A stretch of 32,000 nt of DNA from Rhodothermus marinus DSM 4252. GTDB lineage: Bacteria > Bacteroidota > Rhodothermia > Rhodothermales > Rhodothermaceae. The notes below the pieces were generated by a model, which searched no databases, was not told the DNA's origin, and saw only the letters and a program-made list of their open reading frames with translations. Made by a program: the position numbers and the translations under genes. Shown in pieces: positions 8,904-17,808 of the stretch. Within the stretch, counting starts at the first letter, position 1. Each line of letters opens with the position of its first letter. The stretch covers positions 1,622,874 to 1,654,873 of the forward strand of contig NC_013501.1 of NCBI RefSeq assembly GCF_000024845.1. The letters run 5' to 3'.

Positions 8904-10046
8904 TCAGGCCAGGAAAGGATAGTCCGGCTGCACGTACACGTCCTCGTAGATAGACTCCAGCGGCGGGAACGGACTCTTCTCGGCGAACTCCACGGACGCC
9001 TGCACCTCCTTCTTCACCTCGTCGTCGATGGCGTCCAGCTCTTCGTTCGTCGAGAGGCCATGCTGGAGCATGTAGCTCTTCAGCCGGATGATCGGATCTT
9101 CTTTCTTCTTGGCTTCCAGTTCTTCTTTGGTACGGTACTTGGCCGGGTCGCTCATCGAGTGCCCGCGGTAGCGATAGGTGCGCACCTCGAGCACCGAGGG
9201 CTGATACTCGCGCGCCAGCGCCACGTACTTGCGCAGGGCCTTCATCACGCTGAAGACGTCCATGCCGTCCACCAGCGCACCCGGCATGTTGTAGCTGGCC
9301 GCGTAGCGGTAGAACTCCGTGTTCGCAAAGGCCCGCCAGACGGCCGTGCCCATCGCGTACTGATTGTTCTCGATGATAAAGATGATGGGCAGCTTGTAGA
9401 GGGCGGCCAGGTTCATGGCCTCATGGACGGTGCCCTGCCCCATGGCGCCGTCGCCGAAGAACGTCAGGCATACGCCGCCGTCCTCTTTGTACTTGTGGGC
9501 GAAGGCGATCCCGACGCCCAGCGGCACGTGTCCCCCGACGATTCCGTGGCCGCCGAAGAACTTCTTTTCGGCCTTAAAGAAGTGCATCGAGCCGCCTTTG
9601 CCGCGCGAGCAGCCGTCGATCTTGCCGAACAGCTCGGCCATGCACTCGTTGGCCGTCATGCCCAGCGCCAGGGCGATCCCGTGATCGCGGTAGGCCGTGA
9701 TGACCGAGTCGTGTCCGACCTTGATCGACCAGGCGGCGCCGGTCGAGACGGCCTCTTCTCCGATGTACAGGTGCAGAAAGCCGGCGATCTTTTGCTTGCC
9801 GTACATCTGGGCCGCCCGCTCCTCGAAGCGACGCTGCAACAGCATGTTACGGTAAATGGCCAGGAGATCTTCCCGGCTCAATCCCAGCTCCTCGTGCGTG
9901 TAGGCACCGGCCGGATAGGTTTCGAACGTCTGCTCAAAGTGAATGGGCTTGGACGGCACCTGCAACTGCACCGCCTGCCCGTTGGGCTGGCCGGCGGCCT
10001 GATCTACCTGCGTCGCCTGCTGCTTCTTTCTGGTCTTGCTGGCCAT
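8904..10046 (-). CDS. pdhA: Pyruvate dehydrogenase E1 alpha subunit (380 aa from ATG at 10046)
   Basis: The motif GFLHLYIGEEAV and the TPP-binding motif GDGAMGQGTVHEAMNLAALYKLPIIFIIENNQYAMGT are both present. The first 76 codons of track ORF 8904..10274 look non-coding (low-complexity, AT-rich), so I start at MASKTRKK. Confidence 0.9.
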   Translation of the reverse strand: MASKTRKKQQATQVDQAAGQPNGQAVQLQVPSKPIHFEQTFETYPAGAYTHEELGLSREDLLAIYRNMLLQRRFEERAAQMYGKQKIAGFLHLYIGEEAVSTGAAWSIKVGHDSVITAYRDHGIALALGMTANECMAELFGKIDGCSRGKGGSMHFFKAEKKFFGGHGIVGGHVPLGVGIAFAHKYKEDGGVCLTFFGDGAMGQGTVHEAMNLAALYKLPIIFIIENNQYAMGTAVWRAFANTEFYRYAASYNMPGALVDGMDVFSVMKALRKYVALAREYQPSVLEVRTYRYRGHSMSDPAKYRTKEELEAKKKEDPIIRLKSYMLQHGLSTNEELDAIDDEVKKEVQASVEFAEKSPFPPLESIYEDVYVQPDYPFLA

Positions 10047-10244
10047 AGCAACGTGTCGTTCGTGGTTGTACGTGGCTTCTATTTTACATCCGGCGGAAAA
10101 TCGCCGGAAAAGGTAGCTTTTAAAAATACAACAAAGCAGCTCCGAAAGCGCATTCGAATTGCTGCTTTTTCTTGAGAGGACCGTGAACTTGAAAAGAAAC
10201 GTGCCGGGGTCTTTTTTGTGCCCGTCGTAGTTTAAGGGACCGTT

Positions 10245-11030
10245 TTGCCTGCAGCGATCCGTAACCGAGGGCAATCAGTGACTACCGCGCCTGCTACATC
10301 CGGCCACTCGGACACGCTCGTGGTCGTCCCGACCTACAACGAGGCGCAGAACGTCGAGCGCCTGCTTCTCCGTGTGCTGGAACTGCCTGGTCGGGTTTCC
10401 GTGTTGATCGTGGACGACGCCTCGCCCGACGGCACCGCCGAACGCGTGCGGGCGCTGCAGGAACGCTACCCGGACCGCCTCTTTCTTATCGAGCGCACCG
10501 GCAAGCTGGGCCTGGGCTCGGCCTATCTGACGGGCTTTCGCTTCGGGCTGGAACGCGGCTACACCTACCTGGCCGAAATGGACGCCGACCTGTCGCACAA
10601 CCCGGACGACCTACCCCGCCTGCTCGAACCGCTGCGCCGTGACGAGGCCGATCTGGTGATCGGCTCGCGCTACATCGGCGGCGTGCGCATCATCAACTGG
10701 CCGCTCTCGCGCCTGATCCTCTCCTACAGCGCCAGCCTCTACACCCGGATGATCACCTGCATCCCCGTCTACGACGTGACCTCGGGCTTCAAGTGCTACC
10801 ACCGGCGCGTGCTCGAGGCCATCGACCTGGACCGCATCCGATCCAACGGCTATTCGTTTCAGATCGAAATGAAATACCGCGCCTGGCGCAAGGGCTTTCG
10901 GCTGCTCGAAGTGCCCATCATCTTCACCGATCGCCAGGAGGGCTCCTCCAAAATGAACAAGGCCATCGTCTGGGAAGCCGCCTGGAAGGTCTGGGAGCTG
11001 CGCCTGCGCGACCTGCTCGGCCTGCTTTAA
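10245..11030 (+). CDS. GT2 polyprenol-phosphate (dolichyl-phosphate-type) mannosyltransferase (start uncertain, up to 261 aa)
   Basis: Readable motifs are VVVPTYNEAQNVERLL, VLIVDDASPDGT, the DxD-type EMDADLSHNPDD, and SGFKCY. Confidence 0.8.
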   Translation: MPAAIRNRGQSVTTAPATSGHSDTLVVVPTYNEAQNVERLLLRVLELPGRVSVLIVDDASPDGTAERVRALQERYPDRLFLIERTGKLGLGSAYLTGFRFGLERGYTYLAEMDADLSHNPDDLPRLLEPLRRDEADLVIGSRYIGGVRIINWPLSRLILSYSASLYTRMITCIPVYDVTSGFKCYHRRVLEAIDLDRIRSNGYSFQIEMKYRAWRKGFRLLEVPIIFTDRQEGSSKMNKAIVWEAAWKVWELRLRDLLGLL

Positions 11031-11115
11031 AAAATACGCATTCTATCCCGTCGTACCCCCGCATTTTGTAGTTTAGTCTGGAGCGGATCCGCCAACCACC
11101 CTCCCTGCACGTGCC

Positions 11116-12492
11116 ATGCGACGCTGTCTGCTTTTCCTCTGCGGGCTCTGTGGGCTCATCGGAGTCGCTGTAGCCCAGGTGCCCGTCCGGCTACCCGAGA
11201 CGCTCCCCGTGGCCGAACTGCTGCGCTCAGGTCCGATGAACGGCTACGCCACCCAGCGCGAAGTGGTCGTCTGGCTGCAGACGTGGGCGCCGGCTCAGGT
11301 GCAACTGCTCTACCGCGAAGAGGGGCAGCCCGAAGACAGCGCGCGCATCACCCCGCCGTACTTTGCCGGCCCCGAAACGGACTACACCGTGCACATCTCC
11401 GTGCCCTACCTGGAGCCGGGCCGCCGCTACGTTTACGACGTGGTACTCAACGACACGATCCTGGCGCTTCCCTACCAGCCCCGCTTCCAGACGCAACCGC
11501 TCTGGCAATGGCGCACCGATCCGCCCACGTTCACCGTGGCCACAGCTTCCTGCTTCTACGTGAACGATCCGCCCTACGACCGCCCCGGCCAGCCCTACGG
11601 CGGCGACTTCCAGATCCTCACGCACCTGACACGCCTCCGTCCCGACGTGATGATCTGGCTGGGCGACAACACCTACCTGCGCGAGGCGGACTTCGGCAGC
11701 CCGACCATGATGTCCTACCGCTACGCGCACACCCGCAGTCACCCACTGCTCCAGGAACTGCTCGCTACGGCCCACCACTACGCCGTCTGGGACGACCACG
11801 ACTACGGTCCCAACGACGCCGACCGGAGCTATGTGCTCAAAGGCGCCGCACTGCGCATCTTCCAGCAGTACTGGGCCAATCCGTCCTACGGGCTGCCCGG
11901 CACACCCGGCGTCTTCACCCAGTTCACCTGGGGCGACGTGGATTTCTTTCTGCTGGACGACCGCTTCTACCGGAGCCCCAACGACGCCCCGAACGATTCC
12001 ACCAAGACCATGTGGGGCGAGGCGCAGCTCACCTGGCTTATCGACGCGCTCACCTACAGCCGCGCCCCCTTCAAGATCGTCGCCAACGGCAACCAGATCC
12101 TCAACCGCTCCACCCGCTTCGAGTCGGTGGCCGCCCGCTTTCCGCGCGATTACGAGCGGCTGCTCCGGGAAATCGTACGCCGCGGCATCTCCGGCGTGGT
12201 GTTTCTGAGCGGCGACCGTCACCACACCGAGCTGCTGCGCTACGAGCCGGAAAGCTTCTATCCGCTCTACGAGATCACCACTTCGCCGCTGACGGCGGGT
12301 CCCTCGAACGTGGAAGAAGACAATCCGCTGCGCGTCGAAGGTACGCTGCTGCGCGAGCGCAACGTGGTGCTGCTCACCTTCTCCGGCCCCCGCACCGACC
12401 GCGTGCTGACGATCACCGCCTACGACGCACAGGGACAGGAGCGCTGGCGCCACACGATCCGGGCTCGGGACCTTCGTCCGCCCGAACGGTGA
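11116..12492 (+). CDS. PhoD-like alkaline phosphatase / metallophosphatase, secreted (458 aa)
   Basis: The signal peptide is MRRCLLFLCGLCGLIGVAVAQ. Metallophosphatase motifs are WLGDNTYL, WDDHDYGPND and GDRHHTEL. Confidence 0.8.
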   Translation: MRRCLLFLCGLCGLIGVAVAQVPVRLPETLPVAELLRSGPMNGYATQREVVVWLQTWAPAQVQLLYREEGQPEDSARITPPYFAGPETDYTVHISVPYLEPGRRYVYDVVLNDTILALPYQPRFQTQPLWQWRTDPPTFTVATASCFYVNDPPYDRPGQPYGGDFQILTHLTRLRPDVMIWLGDNTYLREADFGSPTMMSYRYAHTRSHPLLQELLATAHHYAVWDDHDYGPNDADRSYVLKGAALRIFQQYWANPSYGLPGTPGVFTQFTWGDVDFFLLDDRFYRSPNDAPNDSTKTMWGEAQLTWLIDALTYSRAPFKIVANGNQILNRSTRFESVAARFPRDYERLLREIVRRGISGVVFLSGDRHHTELLRYEPESFYPLYEITTSPLTAGPSNVEEDNPLRVEGTLLRERNVVLLTFSGPRTDRVLTITAYDAQGQERWRHTIRARDLRPPER

Positions 12493-12575
12493 AGCTTCTG
12501 CCAAGTCGGCCAAAAAAGCCTTTTTTGTGTTAATTTAAACAGGCTTCCATTCAACGAAAAATCCAGACAGACATC

Positions 12576-13856
12576 ATGGCCCAACCGGTATCCGCAGAAG
12601 CTCCCGCGTTCGAACACCTGACGCCTCCGGCAGAAGGCGCCCGCATCCAGAAGCGCCCCGACGGCACGCTGGACGTGCCGGATCAGCCGATCATTCCCTT
12701 CATCGAAGGGGACGGCACGGGGCCCGACATCTGGCGGGCTGCCCAGCTGGTCTTCGACGCGGCCGTCGAAAAAGCCTACGGCGGCCGCCGCAAGATCGTC
12801 TGGTTCGAGGTCTTCGCCGGCGAGAAGGCCTACAACCAACTCGGCACCTGGCTGCCCGAGGACACGCTGAAGGCCATCGACTACTATCTGGTGGCCATCA
12901 AGGGACCGCTGACCACGCCGGTGGGCGGTGGCATCCGCTCGCTGAACGTGGCGCTCCGCCAGCAGCTCGACCTGTACGCCTGTGTGCGGCCGGTGCGTTA
13001 CTTCCCGGGCGTGCCCTCGCCGGTCAAGCACCCCGAGCTGGTCGACATGGTGATCTTCCGGGAAAACTCGGAAGATGTCTACGCGGGCATCGAATTTCCG
13101 GCCGGCTCGCCCGAGGCGCAGAAGCTCATTCGCTTCCTGCAGGAAGAGCTGGGCGTCACGAAAATCCGCTTCCCGGAGACCAGCGGCATCGGCATCAAGC
13201 CGATCTCGCGCGACGGTACGCGTCGGCTGGTACGCGCCGCCATTCGCTACGCCATCGAGCGGGGCCGAAAGAGCGTCACGCTCGTACACAAAGGCAACAT
13301 CATGAAGTTCACGGAAGGCGCCTTCCGCGAATGGGGTTACGAGCTGGCCCGCGAGGAGTTCGGCGCCCGTCCGCTCGACGGCGGTCCCTGGCACGTGATC
13401 GAGCACGACGGGCGGGAAATCGTGATCAAGGATGTGATCGCCGACGCCTTCCTGCAGCAGATCCTGACGCGCCCGGCCGAGTACGACGTGATCGCCACGA
13501 TGAACCTGAACGGTGACTACATCTCCGACGCGCTCGCGGCGCAGGTGGGCGGCATCGGGATCGCACCGGGCGCCAACATCAACTACGAGACCGGCCACGC
13601 CGTCTTCGAGGCCACCCACGGCACGGCGCCCAAGTATGCCGGGCAGGACAAGGTCAATCCCAGCTCGGTCATCCTCTCGGGCGAGATGATGCTCCGCTAC
13701 ATGGGCTGGCACGAGGCGGCCGACCTGATCATCCGGGGCATCGAGCGCACGATCGCGCAGAAGCGCGTCACCTACGACTTCCACCGCCTCATGGAAGGCG
13801 CCACGCTGCTCCGGACGAGCGAGTTCGGACAGGCCATCGTGGAAAATATGGACTGA
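12576..13856 (+). CDS. icd: NADP-dependent isocitrate dehydrogenase (426 aa)
   Basis: Readable motifs are [21 protein letters not shown], the signature [26 protein letters not shown], and HGTAPKYAG. Confidence 0.92.
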   Translation: MAQPVSAEAPAFEHLTPPAEGARIQKRPDGTLDVPDQPIIPFIEGDGTGPDIWRAAQLVFDAAVEKAYGGRRKIVWFEVFAGEKAYNQLGTWLPEDTLKAIDYYLVAIKGPLTTPVGGGIRSLNVALRQQLDLYACVRPVRYFPGVPSPVKHPELVDMVIFRENSEDVYAGIEFPAGSPEAQKLIRFLQEELGVTKIRFPETSGIGIKPISRDGTRRLVRAAIRYAIERGRKSVTLVHKGNIMKFTEGAFREWGYELAREEFGARPLDGGPWHVIEHDGREIVIKDVIADAFLQQILTRPAEYDVIATMNLNGDYISDALAAQVGGIGIAPGANINYETGHAVFEATHGTAPKYAGQDKVNPSSVILSGEMMLRYMGWHEAADLIIRGIERTIAQKRVTYDFHRLMEGATLLRTSEFGQAIVENMD

Positions 13857-13862
13857 CCCGGA

Positions 13863-13892
13863 GGCGGGGCGGCCAGAACGAGCCGCCCCGCC
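13863..13892 (+). terminator. GC-rich hairpin after icd (terminator-like, weak T tract)
   Basis: GGCGGGGCGGC-CAGAACGA-GCCGCCCCGCC starts 7 nt after the icd stop and is followed by TTATCTTA. Confidence 0.45.
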
Positions 13893-13904
13893 TTATCTTA
13901 CAGC

Positions 13905-14354
13905 ATGCCCGATCGCATCACCGAACATCTGGACGAAGACGGCCGGCGCTTTGTCATCCGCGCTCCGGCCGAGGCGGACGCCGACGACCTGCTGGAGGCT
14001 TCCCACCATCAGTTCATTCTGACCCACTGGGAAGAGCTGGCCGCCGCCTCGCTGACCGGCTACCGTCAGGCCGGTCGTGGCGTGCTCGTCGTGGGTGAGG
14101 CCACACCTCCGCGCAACCGGGCGCTCCGCCACGGCTTCATGATCCACCGCCTGGCCTACGCCCCGCAGGACGTCCTCGCGCCCGCACAGGAACTCCCCCC
14201 GTTACGGTGGCTGCTGGACCAGCTCGATCGGTACGATCCCAACCAAACCGTACTCCTGCTCTTTACCACCGAAGACGACTCGCACGCCTACGCCGTAGAA
14301 GGCGAGCCACCCCCACCCGACGCCCTTCGCTTCGTCCAGGCTTCCAACAACTGA
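13905..14354 (+). CDS. Hypothetical protein (149 aa)
   Basis: The ORF has host-like codon bias. I recognise no motif. Confidence 0.45.
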   Translation: MPDRITEHLDEDGRRFVIRAPAEADADDLLEASHHQFILTHWEELAAASLTGYRQAGRGVLVVGEATPPRNRALRHGFMIHRLAYAPQDVLAPAQELPPLRWLLDQLDRYDPNQTVLLLFTTEDDSHAYAVEGEPPPPDALRFVQASNN

Positions 14355-14605
14355 AAACATTCCGTCCGGGCGGCACCTGTGATCATCACGGCATGAGGTG
14401 CCGTTCCGGACCTGCTCGTCGTCCGGCACGGAGCGAAGCGAAGTGCCGTCGAAGGAAAACCCCTACGGCTGGCGCCTTCGTGGCGCACTACCAACGCATT
14501 TGTGCTTGTGGCCAGGCCTGAAGCGAAGCATAGTGCCATCAGGGGAAAGCGTCCTTTTCCGGGTGGGTACGGGCTCCATAGTCATTTTACCCCGGCCGCA
14601 AATGA

Positions 14606-14640
14606 AAAACGCCCGTAGCATTGCGCCACGGGCGTTTCTG
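14606..14640. terminator. Bidirectional terminator between convergent genes (stronger on the minus strand)
   Basis: CGCCCGT (14610-14616) pairs with ACGGGCG (14628-14634). On the minus strand the stem is followed by TTTTTCATTT, and on the plus strand by TTTCTG. Confidence 0.65.
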
Positions 14641-14656
14641 ATAGTCATCGGGGAGT

Positions 14657-15838
14657 TCAGGCGGTGGCGGCCATGGCTTCGTCCGGGCGTGCGGGCGTCG
14701 TGCCGGCCACTTCTTCGAAGAGCCGATCGTAGGCTTCCACGTGTCGTTTCCAGTCGAGGTGCGCCGGAATTTCGCGGAGCCGTTCCGGCGGCAGCGGCCG
14801 CTCCTCACCTTTCAGCAGGGCCGACAGCAGCCGGTAGAGTTCCTCCTCGTCCTCGTACAGCGTGGGCGCGTGCAGCAGCGGCCGATGCAGCGGCTCGGGG
14901 ATCAGCTCCGGATAGCTCAGCCGGTTGGGAAGCAGCGGATGGCAGCCACAGTAGATCGCCTCCAGCACCGCCACCCCGAAAAACTCGTGGCGGGCCGTCG
15001 AGACGATGATGTCGGCCCGGTGCAGCAGGCGGCTGTATTCCTCGAAGTCCTCGGCGTAGCCGTAGTGCAGGATGCGGTCGGCGTAGCGCTCGAAGGCCTT
15101 GTCCAGTTCGTAGGGCTGTTCCTCGAAGCGCTCGCCGGCCAGAATCAGCCGGAAGCGGTGGCCGGCGTCGTCCAGCCGGTTCATCACGCGCAGGAAAACT
15201 TCGGGCGCCTTGTCGTACTCCCAGCGCTGATTCCAGAGAATGATGGGCGGCGGCATGCCCGGACCCCAGTAGCGCGGCCGCCGATCCCCCGCGTACTGGT
15301 CGTGCGCCGACAGATCGATGCCCGGATAGAGCACCGAAGCCTTGGCACGAATCTCCTGCACGGCGTCCAGGTGCGTGTAATCCGGAAAAGCCCGGAGCAG
15401 CTGCGGCAATGCCTCCAGAAATTCCTCCATGTGGAAGCGCGTGTTGAACAGCACCCGATCGGCCGCCAGGCACGACAGGTAGTTGATGTACCCGAAGGCC
15501 GGATCCCGCTCTTTGCCCTCGGGCAGCGGATAGGTCAGCGCATTCTCGTGGAAATAGAGAATGACGGGCACGTGCGCCAGTTTGCTGCGCGTCAGCGACA
15601 GGAAGGCAGGCAGGTTCACCATGTTCGTGGCGAAGATCACATCGGGCCGAAAGCCTTCGTCCCAGGCCTGCAACGCCTTCCGCGCCATGGTGACGGCCCC
15701 GCCGTGCATGCGCCAGCGCCGGTAGCGCGGCGCCATCGTTACCGCATGAAACCGATGCCGGCTGTGGCGAATCAGCCCGTCCAGAAAATTCCTGTGAGAC
15801 CCTCCGTACCAGGGCTCCAGTGCCAGAATGTTCAGCAT
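14657..15838 (-). CDS. DUF3524-plus-GT1 (GT4-like) glycosyltransferase, GTDC1/QTMAN family (393 aa from ATG at 15838)
   Basis: The N-terminus MLNILALEPWYGGSHRNFLDGL matches what I recall of DUF3524. The C-terminal half has a GT-B fold signature (EFFGVAVLEAIYCGCHPLLPNRLSYPELI). The 39 codons upstream in the track ORF are Arg/Cys-rich and look like noise. Confidence 0.7.
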   Translation of the reverse strand: MLNILALEPWYGGSHRNFLDGLIRHSRHRFHAVTMAPRYRRWRMHGGAVTMARKALQAWDEGFRPDVIFATNMVNLPAFLSLTRSKLAHVPVILYFHENALTYPLPEGKERDPAFGYINYLSCLAADRVLFNTRFHMEEFLEALPQLLRAFPDYTHLDAVQEIRAKASVLYPGIDLSAHDQYAGDRRPRYWGPGMPPPIILWNQRWEYDKAPEVFLRVMNRLDDAGHRFRLILAGERFEEQPYELDKAFERYADRILHYGYAEDFEEYSRLLHRADIIVSTARHEFFGVAVLEAIYCGCHPLLPNRLSYPELIPEPLHRPLLHAPTLYEDEEELYRLLSALLKGEERPLPPERLREIPAHLDWKRHVEAYDRLFEEVAGTTPARPDEAMAATA

Positions 15839-15854
15839 GCGTCCTGACGTTTTT

Positions 15855-16133
15855 TTAATGGCTCTGTTGCTGTGCCAGCTGTTGCCGGAGCATTTCTTCC
15901 TCCTCCTCGGTCGTCGGCCGCACGATCGAGACGGCCCGCACCTGGAGTTTTTCACGAAGCACCGGATCGCGCACCTCCTCGGCCGTAACGAACGCCTCTT
16001 CGCCGGGCTTGAGCCGAATGGTGCGCGTGCTCATGGGAATTTCAACCGGCACGTCGTTCGTGTTCTTGATGATCATGCCGCGACGTTTACGACTGGCCAT
16101 GCTGCCCTCCCCGGATGGTTTGTTTGCGGGCAC
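15855..16133 (-). CDS. Small hypothetical protein (92 aa; alternative start 16100)
   Basis: The ORF lies 16 nt upstream of the glycosyltransferase on the same strand and has an acidic C-terminus (TTEEEEEMLRQQL). No recognisable motif. Confidence 0.4.
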   Translation of the reverse strand: MPANKPSGEGSMASRKRRGMIIKNTNDVPVEIPMSTRTIRLKPGEEAFVTAEEVRDPVLREKLQVRAVSIVRPTTEEEEEMLRQQLAQQQSH

Positions 16134-16201
16134 ATGCGTGGGGTATGTTCTTTAAAGTATACAATATTTCCGACGCCGATGCGAACCGTTCCGGCCGCCC
16201 C

Positions 16202-16915
16202 ATGACTGTTTTACCGGATTCTTACAGGCAGACGCTTCGCCGTCTGGGAAGGGCCCTGCGGGCGCTGGTCTATCCATGGCACTGTCTGCACTGCGGCGCA
16301 CGGGCCACACACCCGACGCTTCCGCTCTGCACAGACTGTCTGGCCGCGCTTCGTCGCGTGCCGCCCGGCGAGCCGCTTCGTCGCCTGCACCGGTTGCCGG
16401 AGGCCATCGGCTGCTTCCGGGCCGCCTACAGCCTGTGGTACGAAACCCCGGAGGGGCCCTTTCGCCCGCTGCACCATGCCCTGAAGTACGGCAACCGGCC
16501 GGTCTATGCGCAGCGGCTGGGACGGCTGCTGGGCGAAACATTCCGCGACGAGCTGCAGACGATCGACGTGGTCGTGCCCGTCCCGCTGCACCGCCGCCGT
16601 TTTCTGGAACGCGGCTACAACCAGAGCGCCTGGCTGGCCCGGGGCGTCGGCGAGGTGCTGGGACGCCCGGTAGCTCCGGAACTGCTGGTGCGCGTGCGCG
16701 CCACGCGGAGCCAGACCCACCTGGGTCGCGACGCACGTCGCGCCAACGTGGCCCGCGCCTTTGCGGCGCCTTACCCGGAGCGTGTGGCCGGACGTCACGT
16801 GCTGCTGGTGGACGATCTGCTCACCACCGGCGCCACGGCCGCCTGGGCCGCCCAGGCCCTGCACGAAGCCCACGCTTCTGGCGTCACGCTGCTCACGCTG
16901 GGCCTGGCGGCATGA
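16202..16915 (+). CDS. comF: ComF-family phosphoribosyltransferase-like protein (237 aa from ATG 16202)
   Basis: The N-terminal 4-Cys zinc ribbon is CLHCG...CTDC. Also present are LKYGNRP, VPVPLHRRRFLERGYNQS, and the PRT motif VLLVDDLLTTGATA. Confidence 0.8.
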   Translation: MTVLPDSYRQTLRRLGRALRALVYPWHCLHCGARATHPTLPLCTDCLAALRRVPPGEPLRRLHRLPEAIGCFRAAYSLWYETPEGPFRPLHHALKYGNRPVYAQRLGRLLGETFRDELQTIDVVVPVPLHRRRFLERGYNQSAWLARGVGEVLGRPVAPELLVRVRATRSQTHLGRDARRANVARAFAAPYPERVAGRHVLLVDDLLTTGATAAWAAQALHEAHASGVTLLTLGLAA

Positions 16916-17154
16916 AGCAATTGCAAATTGCCGGACCTAATGTGTGATTGCAGATTCACCGACGAATGACGGCACACCCCATGTACTGGACATGGCTCGC
17001 GGGCACAAAAAGCGGACACAGTAGGCCGTCTCTGTGTGCTGGAAATGCCGTCAGCTGTCCGATAGGGGTGCCCCAAGGTGTGCGCTCGTGCTTTCAGCCC
17101 GGGGTATAAAGCGTGGTCATGGGATACCACGCACATGCACCATGATGCCCGTGA

Positions 17155-17316
17155 TCAAGCAACCCACTCGCCACACAACACCTCCGTTTGACTCAAAACC
17201 AGCTCCACAGCCTGTTCCTGTTTGTCGGGCGGATAGCCATATTTGCGCAGGATACGCTTGACGAGTACGCGCAACTGGGCGCGGGCGCTCTCACGTCTAT
17301 TCCAATCTACTGATAG
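17155..17316 (-). pseudogene. hsdR: 3'-terminal remnant (~53 codons plus stop) of a type I restriction enzyme R subunit gene (hsdR)
   Basis: Hand translation gives (GL)[52 protein letters not shown]. This matches the highly conserved C-terminal tail of HsdR proteins as I remember it (..[26 protein letters not shown]...VL.QAE.L). The frame is closed by a stop at 17350-17352 and has no start codon. Its 5' end overlaps the Abi_C stop. Confidence 0.65.
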
Positions 17317-17806
17317 TCCGAAGATTGGGCTCCCTGCCGTCGTAGGCGCTCAGGATGAGCGCGATGACCGAGTCGGCCGATAGAAGGTACACCCGCGTGT
17401 ACCGGTTCGAGATCGCGTCAAGAAACCCATCCCTACCATGCGCGACGCTGCCGTCCTGATTGCGATACTCGTTCAATGCCTCAGCCAATCTGTTGTGCGC
17501 CGAGATCACCCTACCCAGAGGCCCCACACCCCGCTGATGGCGCAGCCCCAGGGCGTCCAATACGCGGGCAAGCAGCTCCGTTGTCGTCGGCGTGGAGGAA
17601 GCCAGTCCCTCTGCACCCAGCTCGTTGAGCACCGTCCAGCAGACGCACTCCAGGAAGGACTTGATCAACTCGATGACGCTGCTCCCTTCCCCCTCCCAGG
17701 CGCGGACGAGCTCCCGATAGTGTTGTTGAAGATTGGCGGCATCCGGCCAGCGCTCGACAGCGGCACGAAAGGCCGGGGCGATGTCGTCGAGACGGTTGCC
17801 ACTCAT
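17297..17806 (-). CDS. Abi_C (abortive-infection C-terminal domain) family protein, 169 aa from ATG at 17806
   Basis: The C-terminal half reads [23 protein letters not shown]...[21 protein letters not shown]. This fits the Abi_C pattern (RN..G.aHG followed by helices). The start lies 2 nt after the DUF4411 stop. Confidence 0.6.
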   Translation of the reverse strand: MSGNRLDDIAPAFRAAVERWPDAANLQQHYRELVRAWEGEGSSVIELIKSFLECVCWTVLNELGAEGLASSTPTTTELLARVLDALGLRHQRGVGPLGRVISAHNRLAEALNEYRNQDGSVAHGRDGFLDAISNRYTRVYLLSADSVIALILSAYDGREPNLRTISRLE

Positions 17807-17808
17807 GT

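Noticed and set aside
17006-17037. The hairpin ACACAG-N10-CTGTGT followed by CCGCTTTTTG on the minus strand could be the original hsdR terminator.
   Set aside because: The stem is only 6 bp with a 10-nt loop, it lies ~118 nt from the hsdR stop, and the T-run is offset. This is too weak to annotate.
16916-17154. The 240 nt between comF and the hsdR remnant was searched for hsdS/hsdM fragments, a tRNA or att-like sequence. A small hairpin GCAATT-GCA-AATTGC sits at 16918-16932.
   Set aside because: None of the six frames gave a recognisable peptide by eye. There is no cloverleaf, and the hairpin lacks a T tract. The region is left unannotated.
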